NCBI GenBank assembly: GCA_002308915.1
Contig: DBWI01000024.1
Coordinates: forward strand, 2,004 to 66,003
Source of the DNA: Christensenella sp. UBA1242
Lineage (GTDB): Bacteria; Bacillota; Clostridia; Christensenellales; UBA1242
Direction of reading: 5' to 3'
Length of the DNA: 64,000 nucleotides
Shown here in pieces: positions 1-10,259 of this stretch (the stretch's first letter is position 1; each line of letters opens with the position of its first letter). A model generated the notes under the pieces. The model was not told the origin of the DNA. It ran no database searches and worked only from the letters and a program-made list of their open reading frames with translations. A program made the position numbers and the translations under genes.

Positions 1-605
1 TGGGTTTTGTTATTGCCAAATGTATCAATATTTTTTGCTGTTTTCTTGACATCAAAATCATGTTCTAAATCTGTTATATTATACATTATATTGTATATGT
101 TATTGATAGTGTTATACAAGTTATAGATGTAAGTATTACGTATCTCCAAAGCATTTAAGGCAAGCAAATACTGCTCATTTGGCAAGTATTCATCTGCCTT
201 TTTATTTATCTCAATACACTTTTCACTGTTTGTTGTAATCTTATCACACAAGTCTTCAATTAACAATTCTTTCCTTTTTGAAATATCTGTTTTTTCAAGT
301 TCAATTATCTTGCAAAGAGTTTCAATCTCGTCAATGGCACCAGTAACACATGTTAGTAAATAATCTTTTTGATTCTCTAAAATATAGTAAGATTCAGCAA
401 TATCTTTTTTGCTATCATCTTCATCTGTTTTTGTGGCTACAATAGTGTATGTAGGCTTCTTTTCATCCAATTCTATTATGGCTTTTTCTGTTTGATTAAA
501 AGTGCTATTAAGTTTTTCTACAAGCACTTTATTTTCATTTCTGTTGCAACCACAAATTGTTATCAAATATAACATTATTAAAAACAAAGCAATTGTTTTT
601 TTCAT
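1..605 (-). CDS. putative lipoprotein of unknown function (C-terminal part runs off the window edge)
   Basis: Absent from the ORF track because no stop lies in the window. Manual reverse-strand translation from ATG at 605-603 gives MKKTIALFLIMLYLITICGCNRNENKVLVEKLNS... (signal peptide ending in a Cys lipobox-like motif). The frame stays open to base 1. Confidence 0.55.
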   Translation of the reverse strand, partial: MKKTIALFLIMLYLITICGCNRNENKVLVEKLNSTFNQTEKAIIELDEKKPTYTIVATKTDEDDSKKDIAESYYILENQKDYLLTCVTGAIDEIETLCKIIELEKTDISKRKELLIEDLCDKITTNSEKCIEINKKADEYLPNEQYLLALNALEIRNTYIYNLYNTINNIYNIMYNITDLEHDFDVKKTAKNIDTFGNNKT

Positions 606-701
606 AATTTCTCCATAAATATTATTTGCAAATAGTTTTTTTATATTCTTTTATGTTGTTTAACAACAAATTATTTGGCAATAAATGAAGTAGGGGGAAT
701 T

Positions 702-1148
702 ATGCAAGACGAAGTTAGAAATAAAAAATATAATTCTTATGTAGAAGCAAAAATTGCAAAAACCCACGCTTGGCCAAGTCTTTTTAATGCGTTTTGGGTT
801 GGTGGACTTATTTGTGTATTTGGACAAGTGTGTAATGATTTGATTTTAATGTGGTTTCCAAGCATTTCAACACAAAGTGCTTGGGCTTACACTTTGATTA
901 TAATAATTTTTATTGCTGCACTTTTAACTGGATTAGGTGTATTTGACAAAATTGGAGCATTTGCTGGTGCTGGAACAATAGTTCCAATTACTGGATTTTC
1001 CAATTCAATCACAAGTCCAGCGCTTGATTTCAAAAATGAAGGAATTATTTTTGGTATGTGTGCAAAAATGTTCATAATTGCTGGTCCTGTAATAGTATCT
1101 GGAACTGTTGCAAGTATGATTGTAGGCATAATTTATTTATTTGTGTAG
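702..1148 (+). CDS. spoVAC: stage V sporulation protein AC
   Basis: Polytopic ~150-aa protein with FWVGGLICVFGQ and GAGTIVPITGF motifs typical of SpoVAC. Start moved to ATG 702, which follows a GGGGG Shine-Dalgarno at 693-697. First gene of a spoVAC-AD-AE trio. Confidence 0.9.
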   Translation: MQDEVRNKKYNSYVEAKIAKTHAWPSLFNAFWVGGLICVFGQVCNDLILMWFPSISTQSAWAYTLIIIIFIAALLTGLGVFDKIGAFAGAGTIVPITGFSNSITSPALDFKNEGIIFGMCAKMFIIAGPVIVSGTVASMIVGIIYLFV

Positions 1149-1154
1149 GTGAAT

Positions 1155-2171
1155 ATGAAAAGAGAATTAGGACAACAAACTGTTTTTTTTAAAAACAAAC
1201 CTAAAATTATTGGACATTATTCAATTGTCGGTCCAAAGGAAGGGAAAGGAAATCTTAGAGAATACTTCAGTGAAATTGAACAAGATGACTTTTTTGGGCA
1301 AAAAACATATGAGAAAGGCGAAAGAGTAATGATAGAAAGAGCTTTGGAAGGTGCTGTAAAAGATGCAAATTTGTCTTTTGATGACATAAAGCTTTTTCTT
1401 TCTGGGGATTTACTCAATCAAATAATTAGTTCAAGTTATGCAGCAAGAAAATATGATATTCCATATGCTGGTGTTTTTGGTGCTTGTTCAACAATGGCAG
1501 AAAGTCTTGCTCTTGGAGCTTGTCTTGTTGATGGTGGACATTTTGAAACTGTGGCTTGTGCAACTTCTAGCCATTTTTCCACAGCAGAAAGACAGTTTCG
1601 AACTCCTTTGGAATTAGGTAGCCAAAGACCACCAACATCACAATGGACAGTTACAGGTTCTGGAGCTGATATAATTTCTAGTAAAGGCAGCGGTCCAATA
1701 ATTACATGTGCAACATTTGGAAAAGTTGCAGATTTTGGAATAACAGACGTAAATAATATGGGTGCAGCTATGGCACCTGCAGCAATGTATACTTTGATTG
1801 CACACTTTAAAGACACAAAGACAAAGCCAGAAGATTACGACTTGATTTTGAGTGGAGATTTGGGCAAACTTGGCAGTGAAATTCTAATTGATTTAATGGA
1901 AGATAAAGGTTATAAACTTGGACTTAATTACAAAGATTGCGGACAAATAATCTTCAAACGAAATCAAAATGTTTTGATGGGTGGCAGTGGCTGTGGTTGC
2001 AGTGCGACTGTATTGAATTCTATTGTATTAAAAAAGCTAATCACAGGTGAATATAAAAGAGTTTTGTTTATGGCTACAGGTGCATTACTTTCAACACTTA
2101 GTGCACAGCAAGGAGAAAGTGTACCAGGTGTTGCACACGCAGTTGTAATTGAAGGAGAGAAAAATGAATGA
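1155..2171 (+). CDS. spoVAD: stage V sporulation protein AD
   Basis: ~338-aa thiolase/ketoacyl-synthase-like fold (GACSTMAESLALGA, GGSGCGCSA). N-terminus MKRELGQQTVFF aligns with the SpoVAD N-terminus. Lies between spoVAC and spoVAE. Confidence 0.9.
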   Translation: MKRELGQQTVFFKNKPKIIGHYSIVGPKEGKGNLREYFSEIEQDDFFGQKTYEKGERVMIERALEGAVKDANLSFDDIKLFLSGDLLNQIISSSYAARKYDIPYAGVFGACSTMAESLALGACLVDGGHFETVACATSSHFSTAERQFRTPLELGSQRPPTSQWTVTGSGADIISSKGSGPIITCATFGKVADFGITDVNNMGAAMAPAAMYTLIAHFKDTKTKPEDYDLILSGDLGKLGSEILIDLMEDKGYKLGLNYKDCGQIIFKRNQNVLMGGSGCGCSATVLNSIVLKKLITGEYKRVLFMATGALLSTLSAQQGESVPGVAHAVVIEGEKNE

Positions 2172-2535
2172 TTGGTATGTGTATTTAATTGTATTTTTAA
2201 CAGGTGGTACAATTTGCTTTATTGGGCAAATACTTGTAATAAAAACCAAAATGACAACAGCAAGAATACTTGTAACTTTTGTCCTATTAGGTGTATTTTT
2301 GCAAGCAGTTGGCCTATTTGATGCAATTTCACAGTTTTGCAAAGCAGGAATAAATGTTCCAATAATTGGATTTGGTGCATCACTTGCAAAAGGTGCAATA
2401 AACGCTGTTAAATCAAGTGGAATATTGGGTATTTTCACAGGTGGACTTTCTGCTTGTGCAGGTGGTATTGCTGCAGCAATATTTTTTGCTTTTATATTTG
2501 GAATTATATTCAAAGCAAAAACAAAAAAGATGTAA
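2164..2535 (+). CDS. spoVAE: stage V sporulation protein AE (SpoVAEB type)
   Basis: Small polytopic protein (GGTICFIGQ..., paralogous to SpoVAC). ATG 2164 overlaps the spoVAD stop (ATGAATGA) and follows GGAGAG. Confidence 0.85.
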   Translation: MNDWYVYLIVFLTGGTICFIGQILVIKTKMTTARILVTFVLLGVFLQAVGLFDAISQFCKAGINVPIIGFGASLAKGAINAVKSSGILGIFTGGLSACAGGIAAAIFFAFIFGIIFKAKTKKM

Positions 2536-2575
2536 AAATATTAAAAAATTAACAATTCATAGCATATAATACTAT

Positions 2576-3256
2576 GTGAAAAATAATAAGAAATGCAGTA
2601 AGTTTCGTTTGCCATTCAAGTATAAACTTGGTATATTTTTTTGCATATTTGTTCTTGTTATTGCTTGCATATTAACATATCTTAATAATGTTGTTAATCC
2701 TGTTATTATTGAATCAAGTGGAGCAAAAACAAGGTCACTATCTCAAAAGGCAGTTGAACAAGCAATTTTTGATACAATTTCTGGTGAAGAAATATATGAT
2801 AGTCTTGTTATGATTGCAAGAAATGAAAATGGCAAAGTAATATACATAAGCACAAACACATTGCAAATAAATTTGCTTGCACGAAAGCTTGTTAAAGCAG
2901 CACAACAAAACCTTGAAAATCTTGGCGAAAAGGGAATAAATATTCCACTAGGGACATTTACCGGAATGCCAATTTTTGTAGGTCGTGGACCTAATATAAA
3001 TATAAAATTACTTCCTATAGGAAGTATTGCATGCAAATTTAGTTCAGAATTTGTTAATGCAGGCATAAATCAAACAAATCATAAAATATATTTAAATGTT
3101 ACTTCAAATGTTTCAATAATTTTACCTACAGGCAACCAGACAATAAAAACGACAACCCAAGTAATGATTGCCGAAAGTATTATAGTGGGTGAAATCCCAG
3201 AAACATATCTAAACTCAACAAGTTTGGACGATATGCTTAACCTCGTTCCAGATTAA
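2576..3256 (+). CDS. yunB: sporulation protein YunB
   Basis: N-terminal TM helix, then IPLGTFTGMPIFVGRGPNINIKLLPIGS and GINQTNHKIY motifs characteristic of YunB. GTG start with no SD, 5 nt downstream of CATATAAT (2563-2570), so the start/TSS is uncertain. The 3' end overlaps the convergent rluA-like gene by 20 nt. Confidence 0.7.
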   Translation: MKNNKKCSKFRLPFKYKLGIFFCIFVLVIACILTYLNNVVNPVIIESSGAKTRSLSQKAVEQAIFDTISGEEIYDSLVMIARNENGKVIYISTNTLQINLLARKLVKAAQQNLENLGEKGINIPLGTFTGMPIFVGRGPNINIKLLPIGSIACKFSSEFVNAGINQTNHKIYLNVTSNVSIILPTGNQTIKTTTQVMIAESIIVGEIPETYLNSTSLDDMLNLVPD

Positions 3257-4124
3257 TTAACTTCAAAAAATCATCAGGAAAATCGACTGACAAACTAATT
3301 ATCTTTTTTGTTGTTGGTTGCACAAATGATATTTCTTTGAGAAGTAGAGCAGTATGAGATATTTTCTCGCTTTTTTGCCCATATAACTCATCACCAATAA
3401 GTGAATGTCCAATACTTGACATATGAACTCTTATTTGATGAGTTCTGCCATGTTCAATTTTTATTTTTGCAAGGGAATATCCATCAAAATTTTTAACAAC
3501 TTCAACATAAGTTTTTGCAGGTTTTCCAAGTGTATCAGAAGTCTCTCTTTTGTTTTGATTTATTCCATTGTTACACATTGTAACAATGTTTTTATCAATA
3601 ACTATATCTTCATTCAAATTACCAGAACAAATAGCATAATATGTTTTTTGTACATTTTCATCTCTATTTAAGAAATTACTTGCAAGGCTATTTTTTGCAA
3701 CCAAAACAATTCCACAAGCATCTTTGTCTAATCTGTTTATAATTCTAACAACAAAGTCTCCACCATAATAATTGAGTATTGCACCAGCCAAATTATTCAT
3801 ATAATGTGACCTAGACGGCATAGTTGCAAGTCCACTAGGCTTATTGATTGCCACAATATCATTGTCTTCATAAATAACATCAAGTTTGATGTCGCATAGT
3901 TGCAATTTTGAATTTGAATTTGGATTGTTGTTAATTGATATAACATCTCCATTATCAACAATTTTGTCCATAAAACAAACTTCATTATTAAGCTTAATGA
4001 AACCACTTTGTTTTCGTAAGTTTTTTAGATAGTTTTCACTATGCCCCAAAGATTTCAAATATGAGTATATTGTTTGTTTATTGAGAGCATTTTTAACCAC
4101 AACATCTACATAACTTTCTTTCAT
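3237..4124 (-). CDS. RluA-family pseudouridine synthase with N-terminal S4-like domain
   Basis: Contains RLDKDACGIVLVAK (catalytic Asp motif) and HGRTHQIRVHMSSIGHSLIGDELYG, diagnostic of RluA/RluD-type synthases. Confidence 0.85.
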   Translation of the reverse strand: MKESYVDVVVKNALNKQTIYSYLKSLGHSENYLKNLRKQSGFIKLNNEVCFMDKIVDNGDVISINNNPNSNSKLQLCDIKLDVIYEDNDIVAINKPSGLATMPSRSHYMNNLAGAILNYYGGDFVVRIINRLDKDACGIVLVAKNSLASNFLNRDENVQKTYYAICSGNLNEDIVIDKNIVTMCNNGINQNKRETSDTLGKPAKTYVEVVKNFDGYSLAKIKIEHGRTHQIRVHMSSIGHSLIGDELYGQKSEKISHTALLLKEISFVQPTTKKIISLSVDFPDDFLKLINLERG

Positions 4125-4204
4125 AATAATTTTATAGTAACATATTTAATAAAGTTAGTAAATTATATTTGACTTTTAGTTTGTATTGTGCTAGTTTATT
4201 TTTT

Positions 4205-4446
4205 GTTAAAAGACGATGATAAAAGACTAGTAACTATTCTAATTGCCAACAGAGATGAAAACTCCTGGGCTGAAAGGTTTTCTTGGACAAATTATAGTGA
4301 ATTCACTTTTTAGTCACCAGCTGAAATAGTAGTAGGATTGGTCGGGAAATCCCGTTATAGATTAAATGAGTATGCTTTGCATGAATTTAGGTGGTACCGT
4401 GGCTAAGAGTTAGTCACCCTAAAATTTGCAAAGTTTTTTTATTTTT
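4205..4446 (+). promoter_or_regulatory. T-box leader (tRNA-Phe responsive) with intrinsic terminator, upstream of pheST
   Basis: Near-canonical T-box sequence AATTTAGGTGGTACCGTGG at 4384-4402. AGAGA/GA-motif stem I region around 4250-4275. UUC (Phe) at 4280-4282 in the candidate specifier region. Alternative hairpin GGTG...CACC followed by a T-run at 4434-4446. Possible TTGACT-17-(TGc)TAGTTT promoter at 4169-4197. Confidence 0.85.
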
Positions 4447-4458
4447 TAAGGAGAGAAA

Positions 4459-5478
4459 ATGGAAAAAAAGATTACTGAATTTTTAGAAAAAGCAAAACAA
4501 GAATTGGCAACATGTAATGCACTAAAGCCATTAAATGACCTAAGAGTAAAGTTTTTAGGTAAACAAGGTGAGTTAACTGCATTTTTGCGTTCAATGAAAG
4601 ATGTTCCAAATGAAGACAAACCAAAAATTGGACAACTAATCAACAAAGCTCGTCAAGAAGTTGAAGAAAAAATAAATGAATTACAACGCAAACTTGAAGA
4701 AAAAGTATTAGAAGAAAAACTTTCAAGACAAAAAGTGGATATAACAGAGCCAAGCAAAGTGCCAGAAAAAGGCGAAATACACCCACTACACAAAGTTTTT
4801 GACAAACTTATTGATTGTTGTGTTGAAATGGGATTTACAGTTGTTACAGGCCCAGAAATCGAGTATGACTACTATAACTTTGAAGCTCTTAATGTACCAA
4901 AAGACCATCCAGCAAGAGATATGCAAGATACTTTCTTTATCTCAGACAATATCTTAATGCGTTCACAAACTTCATCTGTTCAGGTTCATGCTATGGAAAC
5001 AATGAAGCCACCATTTAGAATTGTTAGTCCAGGTAGAACATACAGAGCTGATAGTGATGCAACACACAGCCCAGTATTCCATCAATTTGAAGGTCTTGTT
5101 GTTGATGAAAACATTTCTATGATTGACCTAAAATCTATGCTTACAAATCTTCTTTCAATGTTATTTGGAGAAAATACAAAAGTTAGATTCCGTCCTTCAT
5201 ACTTCCCATTCACAGAGCCAAGTGTTGAAGTTGACGCAACTTGTCCATCTTGTGGTGGCAAAGGTTGTAAACTTTGCAAAGGTACTGGTTTTATGGAACT
5301 TTTGGGTGCTGGTATGGTTAATCCAAAAGTTTTGGAAATGAGTGGTATTGATAGCAAAAAGTACACAGGATTTGCATTTGGTCCAGGTGTAGACAGATTG
5401 GCAATGGTAGTTAACAAAATACCAGACCTTAGAATGATGTTTGAAAATGATATTAAATTTTTGGAACAATTGAAGTAG
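4459..5478 (+). CDS. pheS: phenylalanine--tRNA ligase alpha subunit
   Basis: 339 aa with class II aaRS motifs (HPARDMQDTFF, FRPSYFPFTEPS, GFAFGPGVDRLAM). AGGAGA SD. T-box upstream. Confidence 0.97.
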   Translation: MEKKITEFLEKAKQELATCNALKPLNDLRVKFLGKQGELTAFLRSMKDVPNEDKPKIGQLINKARQEVEEKINELQRKLEEKVLEEKLSRQKVDITEPSKVPEKGEIHPLHKVFDKLIDCCVEMGFTVVTGPEIEYDYYNFEALNVPKDHPARDMQDTFFISDNILMRSQTSSVQVHAMETMKPPFRIVSPGRTYRADSDATHSPVFHQFEGLVVDENISMIDLKSMLTNLLSMLFGENTKVRFRPSYFPFTEPSVEVDATCPSCGGKGCKLCKGTGFMELLGAGMVNPKVLEMSGIDSKKYTGFAFGPGVDRLAMVVNKIPDLRMMFENDIKFLEQLK

Positions 5479-5488
5479 GAGAAAGATA

Positions 5489-7885
5489 ATGATAGTAACA
5501 TTAAATTGGTTAAAAGATTTTGTTGATATTGATGTATCACCAGAAAAATTAGCAGAATTACTTACAAATTCTGGAAACGAAGTTGAAGAAATTATTTATC
5601 AAGACAAATATTTAAAAAATGTTGTCGTTGGTAAGATATTAAAAATAGAGCAACATCCAAATGCAGAAAAATTAGTTGTTTGTCAAGTTGATATTGGAAC
5701 AAAAGTTACTCAAATTATTACAGCAGCAAAAAATGTTTTTGAAGGTGCTATTGTTCCTGTTTCACTTGCTGGTGCAAACCTTGCTAACGGAATACACATA
5801 GAAGACTCAAAATTAAGAGGTCTTGACAGCTTTGGAATGTTCTGTTCTATTGAAGAACTTGGAGTAACAGACTATGACGGCGAAAAAGACGGCATAATGA
5901 TTTTGGATAACGACCTTGTTCCTGGAACAGAAATCGCAAAAGCTCTTATGATGGATGATGTTATATTTGATGTTAATGTAACAGCAAACAGACCAGACTG
6001 CATGAGCATTATTGGTATTGCAAGAGAAGTTAGTGCATTAACAGGCAAACCACTTAAAGAACAAAATTTATATTATGAAACAAATAATGAAAATGTTTCT
6101 GATTATGTTTCTGTTGAAGTAGAAAACACAGAGTTATGTCCAAGATATATGGCAACAGCACTCAAAGATGTAAAACTCGAAAAATCACCAAAATGGTTAA
6201 GAGCAAGACTTGTTGCAGTTGGAATTAAGCCAATATGCAATATTGTTGATATAACAAACTATGTTCTTATGGAATATGGTCAACCAATGCATGCTTTTGA
6301 CCACAAATATCTTGGTGGCAAAAAGATTATAGTTAGAAATGCAAAGAAAGGTGAAAGCTTAAAGGTTCTTAACCAAAATACTTATGACCTTGATGAAAAA
6401 ATGCTTTGCATTTGTGATGCCAATGGTCCAAGCGTTATCGCTGGTATTATTGGTGGAACATACAGCTCAATTCAAGAAGACACAAAAACAGTTGTATTTG
6501 AATCTGCTGCTTTTGAAAGAGCAAGCATAAGAAGAACAAGTAGAAGAATTGGTGTAAGAACTGATTCAACTGCAAGATTTGAAAAAGGTGTTGATGTTGG
6601 CTCACCAGAATATGGTATGAAAAGAGCACTTAACCTTGTTTATGAACTCAAAGCAGGAACAATCGTTAGTGGAGTGATTGATACAGTAAAAGAACAACCA
6701 AAAAATAGAGATTTGGAATTTAGTTTGAATAGAATATTTAAATTACTTGGAATAAGAGTAGAAAACGATAAAGTATTAAACATACTCAATAACCTTGGTA
6801 TCAAATCAAAAATTGACGGCGACAAACTTTTCTGCAATGTACCAGTATTTAGAAGTGATATAGAAAATGACGCAGATATTGCAGAAGAAATAATAAGAAT
6901 GTATGGTTATGGTGTTTATGACAGCATAGAAACAGCACCACTTAGCAGTGCATCTGTTACAGTTGGAAAACATGACAAAGTATTATTGCTTGCAAGAAAT
7001 CTAAAATATGAACTTTGTGATTATGGATATTTTGAAGCAGTAAACTTCTCAATTTGCAGTGATGATGTTAAAGACAAACTTCTAATAAACCCAGAAGATA
7101 AAATGTATAACATGATTAAAATAGCAAACCCAATTAGTGAAGATTTGGGATATGTTAGAACAAGTATGGCAAATGGAATGTTCTTAACTGTTGCCAGAAA
7201 CTTAGCAAGAAAAAATAGTGGATTTAAGTTATTTGAAGTTGGTAGAGTATATATTCCAAAATCATTACCACTTACAGAACTTCCAGACGAAATCAATATG
7301 CTTTCTTTGTGCAGTGTTGACCCAAAAGATGATTTCTTTGTATTAAAAGGAATAATGGAAAATCTCTTAAGAGATTTTGAATTTGAATACAAACTTGAAT
7401 ATTCAAAATTACCATATTTGCACCCAGGAATTAGTGCTGATGTAATTGATATTAACACAAATGTAAAAGTAGCTAGTTTCGGTCAAGTGCATCCAAAAGT
7501 ATGCAAGAATTTTGATTTGCCAGAAAAAACTTTCTATGGTGAAGTTAATCTTGATGCACTAGCAGCATTGAAAGAAAAAACTCATAGTGTAAAAGCACTT
7601 TCAAAATTCCCAATTGTTGAAAGAGATTTGGCAATTGTATGTGATGAAAGCTTAACAGTTGATACTATTATTGGTTGCGTAAAGAAGTCTTGTGGCAACT
7701 TATACTATGGCGCAAAAGTATTTGATATTTATAGAAGTGCAGAACTAGGAGAAAACAAAAAGAGTGTTGCATTCAATTTCCAACTCCAAAGTTATGACAA
7801 AACATTAACAGATGACGAAATAAATCAAGTCGTTAAAAAGGTATTAAAAGACCTTCAATACAAAACAGGTGCAGTGCTCAGATGA
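5489..7885 (+). CDS. pheT: phenylalanine--tRNA ligase beta subunit
   Basis: 798 aa with an N-terminal tRNA-binding OB domain (MIVTLNWLKDFVDI...), B3/4 and B5 regions and a C-terminal FDX-ACB-like domain. Immediately follows pheS. Confidence 0.97.
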   Translation: MIVTLNWLKDFVDIDVSPEKLAELLTNSGNEVEEIIYQDKYLKNVVVGKILKIEQHPNAEKLVVCQVDIGTKVTQIITAAKNVFEGAIVPVSLAGANLANGIHIEDSKLRGLDSFGMFCSIEELGVTDYDGEKDGIMILDNDLVPGTEIAKALMMDDVIFDVNVTANRPDCMSIIGIAREVSALTGKPLKEQNLYYETNNENVSDYVSVEVENTELCPRYMATALKDVKLEKSPKWLRARLVAVGIKPICNIVDITNYVLMEYGQPMHAFDHKYLGGKKIIVRNAKKGESLKVLNQNTYDLDEKMLCICDANGPSVIAGIIGGTYSSIQEDTKTVVFESAAFERASIRRTSRRIGVRTDSTARFEKGVDVGSPEYGMKRALNLVYELKAGTIVSGVIDTVKEQPKNRDLEFSLNRIFKLLGIRVENDKVLNILNNLGIKSKIDGDKLFCNVPVFRSDIENDADIAEEIIRMYGYGVYDSIETAPLSSASVTVGKHDKVLLLARNLKYELCDYGYFEAVNFSICSDDVKDKLLINPEDKMYNMIKIANPISEDLGYVRTSMANGMFLTVARNLARKNSGFKLFEVGRVYIPKSLPLTELPDEINMLSLCSVDPKDDFFVLKGIMENLLRDFEFEYKLEYSKLPYLHPGISADVIDINTNVKVASFGQVHPKVCKNFDLPEKTFYGEVNLDALAALKEKTHSVKALSKFPIVERDLAIVCDESLTVDTIIGCVKKSCGNLYYGAKVFDIYRSAELGENKKSVAFNFQLQSYDKTLTDDEINQVVKKVLKDLQYKTGAVLR

Positions 7886-9000
7886 TTTATTTAGATAATG
7901 CTGCAACAACAAAGCCATCAAAGCAGTGCATAGAAACATATAACAAATACACAGAGGAATTTTATAATCCCTCTGGTATTTATATGCCTAGCATTAAAGT
8001 AAAAAACGATATTCAAAGTGCAAGACAAACAATACAAAAAGCTTTGGGAGCAACAACAGGGAATATAATATTCACTTCTTCTGCAACTGAAGCAAATAAT
8101 TTGGCAGTATTCGGCTCAATGCGCTCAAACTTCAAAAAATTTGTCTTTACAATGGCGGACCATCCTTCAACATACAATATTGGAGTTGAACTTAAAAACA
8201 GAGGCTATGATGTTGAATTTTGTCCATTAACACAAGATGGGCAAATAGATTATAATGCACTTGAGCAAATTTTAGATGATAAAACAAGTTTCATATCTGT
8301 TATCCATGTATCAAACGAAACAGGTGCAATAAATGACTTAAAAAGAATAAACGAATTGCGCATAAAGAAATGTCCAAATGCAATATTACATGCAGATGGA
8401 GTTCAAGCGTTTGGAAAAATAAAAATAAACTTAGATTATTTTGGTGTTGACTTGTACACAATAAGTGGACACAAAATGAATTCATTAAAAGGTTGTGCTT
8501 GTTTATATAGTAGAAATATAATATTAAAACCTACAATATATGGTGGTGGACAAGAGGGCAATCTTCGCTCAGGAACAGAAAATGTTGGAGCAATTATGTC
8601 TCTAAAAACTGCAGTAGAAAACATTGGAAACATAAAAGAAAATTATGATTATGTTCAAAATCTTAAAAATGAATTTATAAAAAATATCATTGATTTGCCT
8701 TGCAAAATAAATAGTGATAACAGATGTTCGCCATATATACTAAGTTTAACTTTTAAAGGCGTAAAAGGTGAAACACTTGTTCATATGATGGAACAAAAAG
8801 ATATATATATTAGCACTGGTAGTGCTTGTTCAAGCAGACATACTGGAAACAGAACACTTGAATCAATGAATATTTCACCAAAAGATGTTATTGGCAGTGT
8901 TAGAATTAGTTTTTCGAAAAATAATACGCTTGAGGAAATTAAAGTTGCATCAAAAGAACTAGCTGAAAGCTACAAACAATTGATAAAAAAGTTGAGTTAA
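7882..9000 (+). CDS. cysteine desulfurase (class V aminotransferase, NifS/NifZ-like, paired with thiI)
   Basis: IYLDNAATTKP N-terminus, PLP-lysine motif SGHKMNSLKG, GGGQEGNLRSGTENV, and active-site Cys in STGSACSS. Start overlaps the pheT stop (ATGA). Directly upstream of thiI as in the Bacillus nifZ-thiI pair. Confidence 0.85.
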   Translation: MIYLDNAATTKPSKQCIETYNKYTEEFYNPSGIYMPSIKVKNDIQSARQTIQKALGATTGNIIFTSSATEANNLAVFGSMRSNFKKFVFTMADHPSTYNIGVELKNRGYDVEFCPLTQDGQIDYNALEQILDDKTSFISVIHVSNETGAINDLKRINELRIKKCPNAILHADGVQAFGKIKINLDYFGVDLYTISGHKMNSLKGCACLYSRNIILKPTIYGGGQEGNLRSGTENVGAIMSLKTAVENIGNIKENYDYVQNLKNEFIKNIIDLPCKINSDNRCSPYILSLTFKGVKGETLVHMMEQKDIYISTGSACSSRHTGNRTLESMNISPKDVIGSVRISFSKNNTLEEIKVASKELAESYKQLIKKLS

Positions 9001-9002
9001 AA

Positions 9003-10157
9003 ATGAAAAGAGTAATTTTACTAAGATTTGGAGAATTATATCTCAAAGGAAAGAACAGAAATTATTTTGAAAAAGTGTTAATATCTAATATCAAGTTAAA
9101 TCTAAAAGGACTTAACTGCGATTTTTATCGTTCAACAGGCAGATATATTGTTACCGATTATGATGAAATGGATGAGAGCATAATTATTGATAAATTAACA
9201 AAAATATTTGGTCTTGTTTCTTTGTCTAAAGCTGTGGAAATTAAAACTGATATTAATGATATTCGTGAATATATTTCAACATTAAAATTTGATGTTGAAA
9301 CTTTTAGGGTATCTGTAACTAGAGCAGACAAAAATTTTCCTGTTCAATCAAATATTTTTGAAAGAGAACTTGGTGGTATAATTTTATCAAAGAATCCAAA
9401 ACTAAAAGTAAGCTTAAAAAATTTTGACACAGAAATTATTGTTGACATAAGAGAAAGTGGCAAAACATATATTTTGACTGACAAAATACAATGTGCTGGT
9501 GGAATGCCACTTGGAACTGCCGGCAAAGGTCTTTTGCTTTTATCTGGTGGGATAGATAGTCCTGTGGCTGGCTATATGATGTCAAAAAGGGGAATGAGTA
9601 TTGTTGGATTACATTTTCATAGTTTTCCATATACAAGTGAACTTGCAAAACAAAAAGTAATTACGCTTGCAAAAGAAATTTCTCCGTATTGTGGAAAAAT
9701 TAGACTTTATATGTGTCCGTTTACAGAAATTCAAGAAGAAATACACAAACATTGTGCACCAGAATTTATGATAACAATAATGAGAAGAATAATGATGAAA
9801 ATTGCTGCAAAAGTTGCCGCTATGGCAAATTGCAAAGCAATTATAACAGGAGAAAATCTTGGTCAAGTTGCGAGTCAAACTGTTGAAAGTATGACTGTAA
9901 CTAATTTCTCTCAAACAGAAGTTCCAATTTTTAGACCTTTAATTGCATTTGATAAAAAGGAAATTATTGAAATTTCAAGGCAAATAGGAACATATGATAC
10001 ATCAATCTTGCCTTATGAAGATTGCTGTACTGTATTTCTTCCAAAAAATCCTGTTATAAAACCAAAATTAGAGAAAGTGCAAAAAGAAGAATCAAAATTA
10101 GATATAGAAAATTTAATACAAACTGCAATTAGTAAGATTGAACTAATAGAATGCTAA
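9003..10157 (+). CDS. thiI: tRNA 4-thiouridine(8) synthase ThiI
   Basis: 384 aa with a THUMP-type N-terminal half and PP-loop LLLSGGIDSPVAGYMMSKRG. Confidence 0.93.
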   Translation: MKRVILLRFGELYLKGKNRNYFEKVLISNIKLNLKGLNCDFYRSTGRYIVTDYDEMDESIIIDKLTKIFGLVSLSKAVEIKTDINDIREYISTLKFDVETFRVSVTRADKNFPVQSNIFERELGGIILSKNPKLKVSLKNFDTEIIVDIRESGKTYILTDKIQCAGGMPLGTAGKGLLLLSGGIDSPVAGYMMSKRGMSIVGLHFHSFPYTSELAKQKVITLAKEISPYCGKIRLYMCPFTEIQEEIHKHCAPEFMITIMRRIMMKIAAKVAAMANCKAIITGENLGQVASQTVESMTVTNFSQTEVPIFRPLIAFDKKEIIEISRQIGTYDTSILPYEDCCTVFLPKNPVIKPKLEKVQKEESKLDIENLIQTAISKIELIEC

Positions 10158-10164
10158 AATTTTC

Positions 10165-10193
10165 TTGACAAAATTTTTTAAAAAAAATAATAT
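10165..10193 (+). promoter_or_regulatory. sigma-A-type promoter for rny
   Basis: TTGACA (10165-10170), 17 nt, TAATAT (10188-10193), about 65 nt upstream of the rny ATG. Confidence 0.6.
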
Positions 10194-10259
10194 TAAGTTA
10201 GTAAGTTTTTAATTTACGATATTTTAAGCGAAAAAATATATATAAAAAAGAGGTAAAAA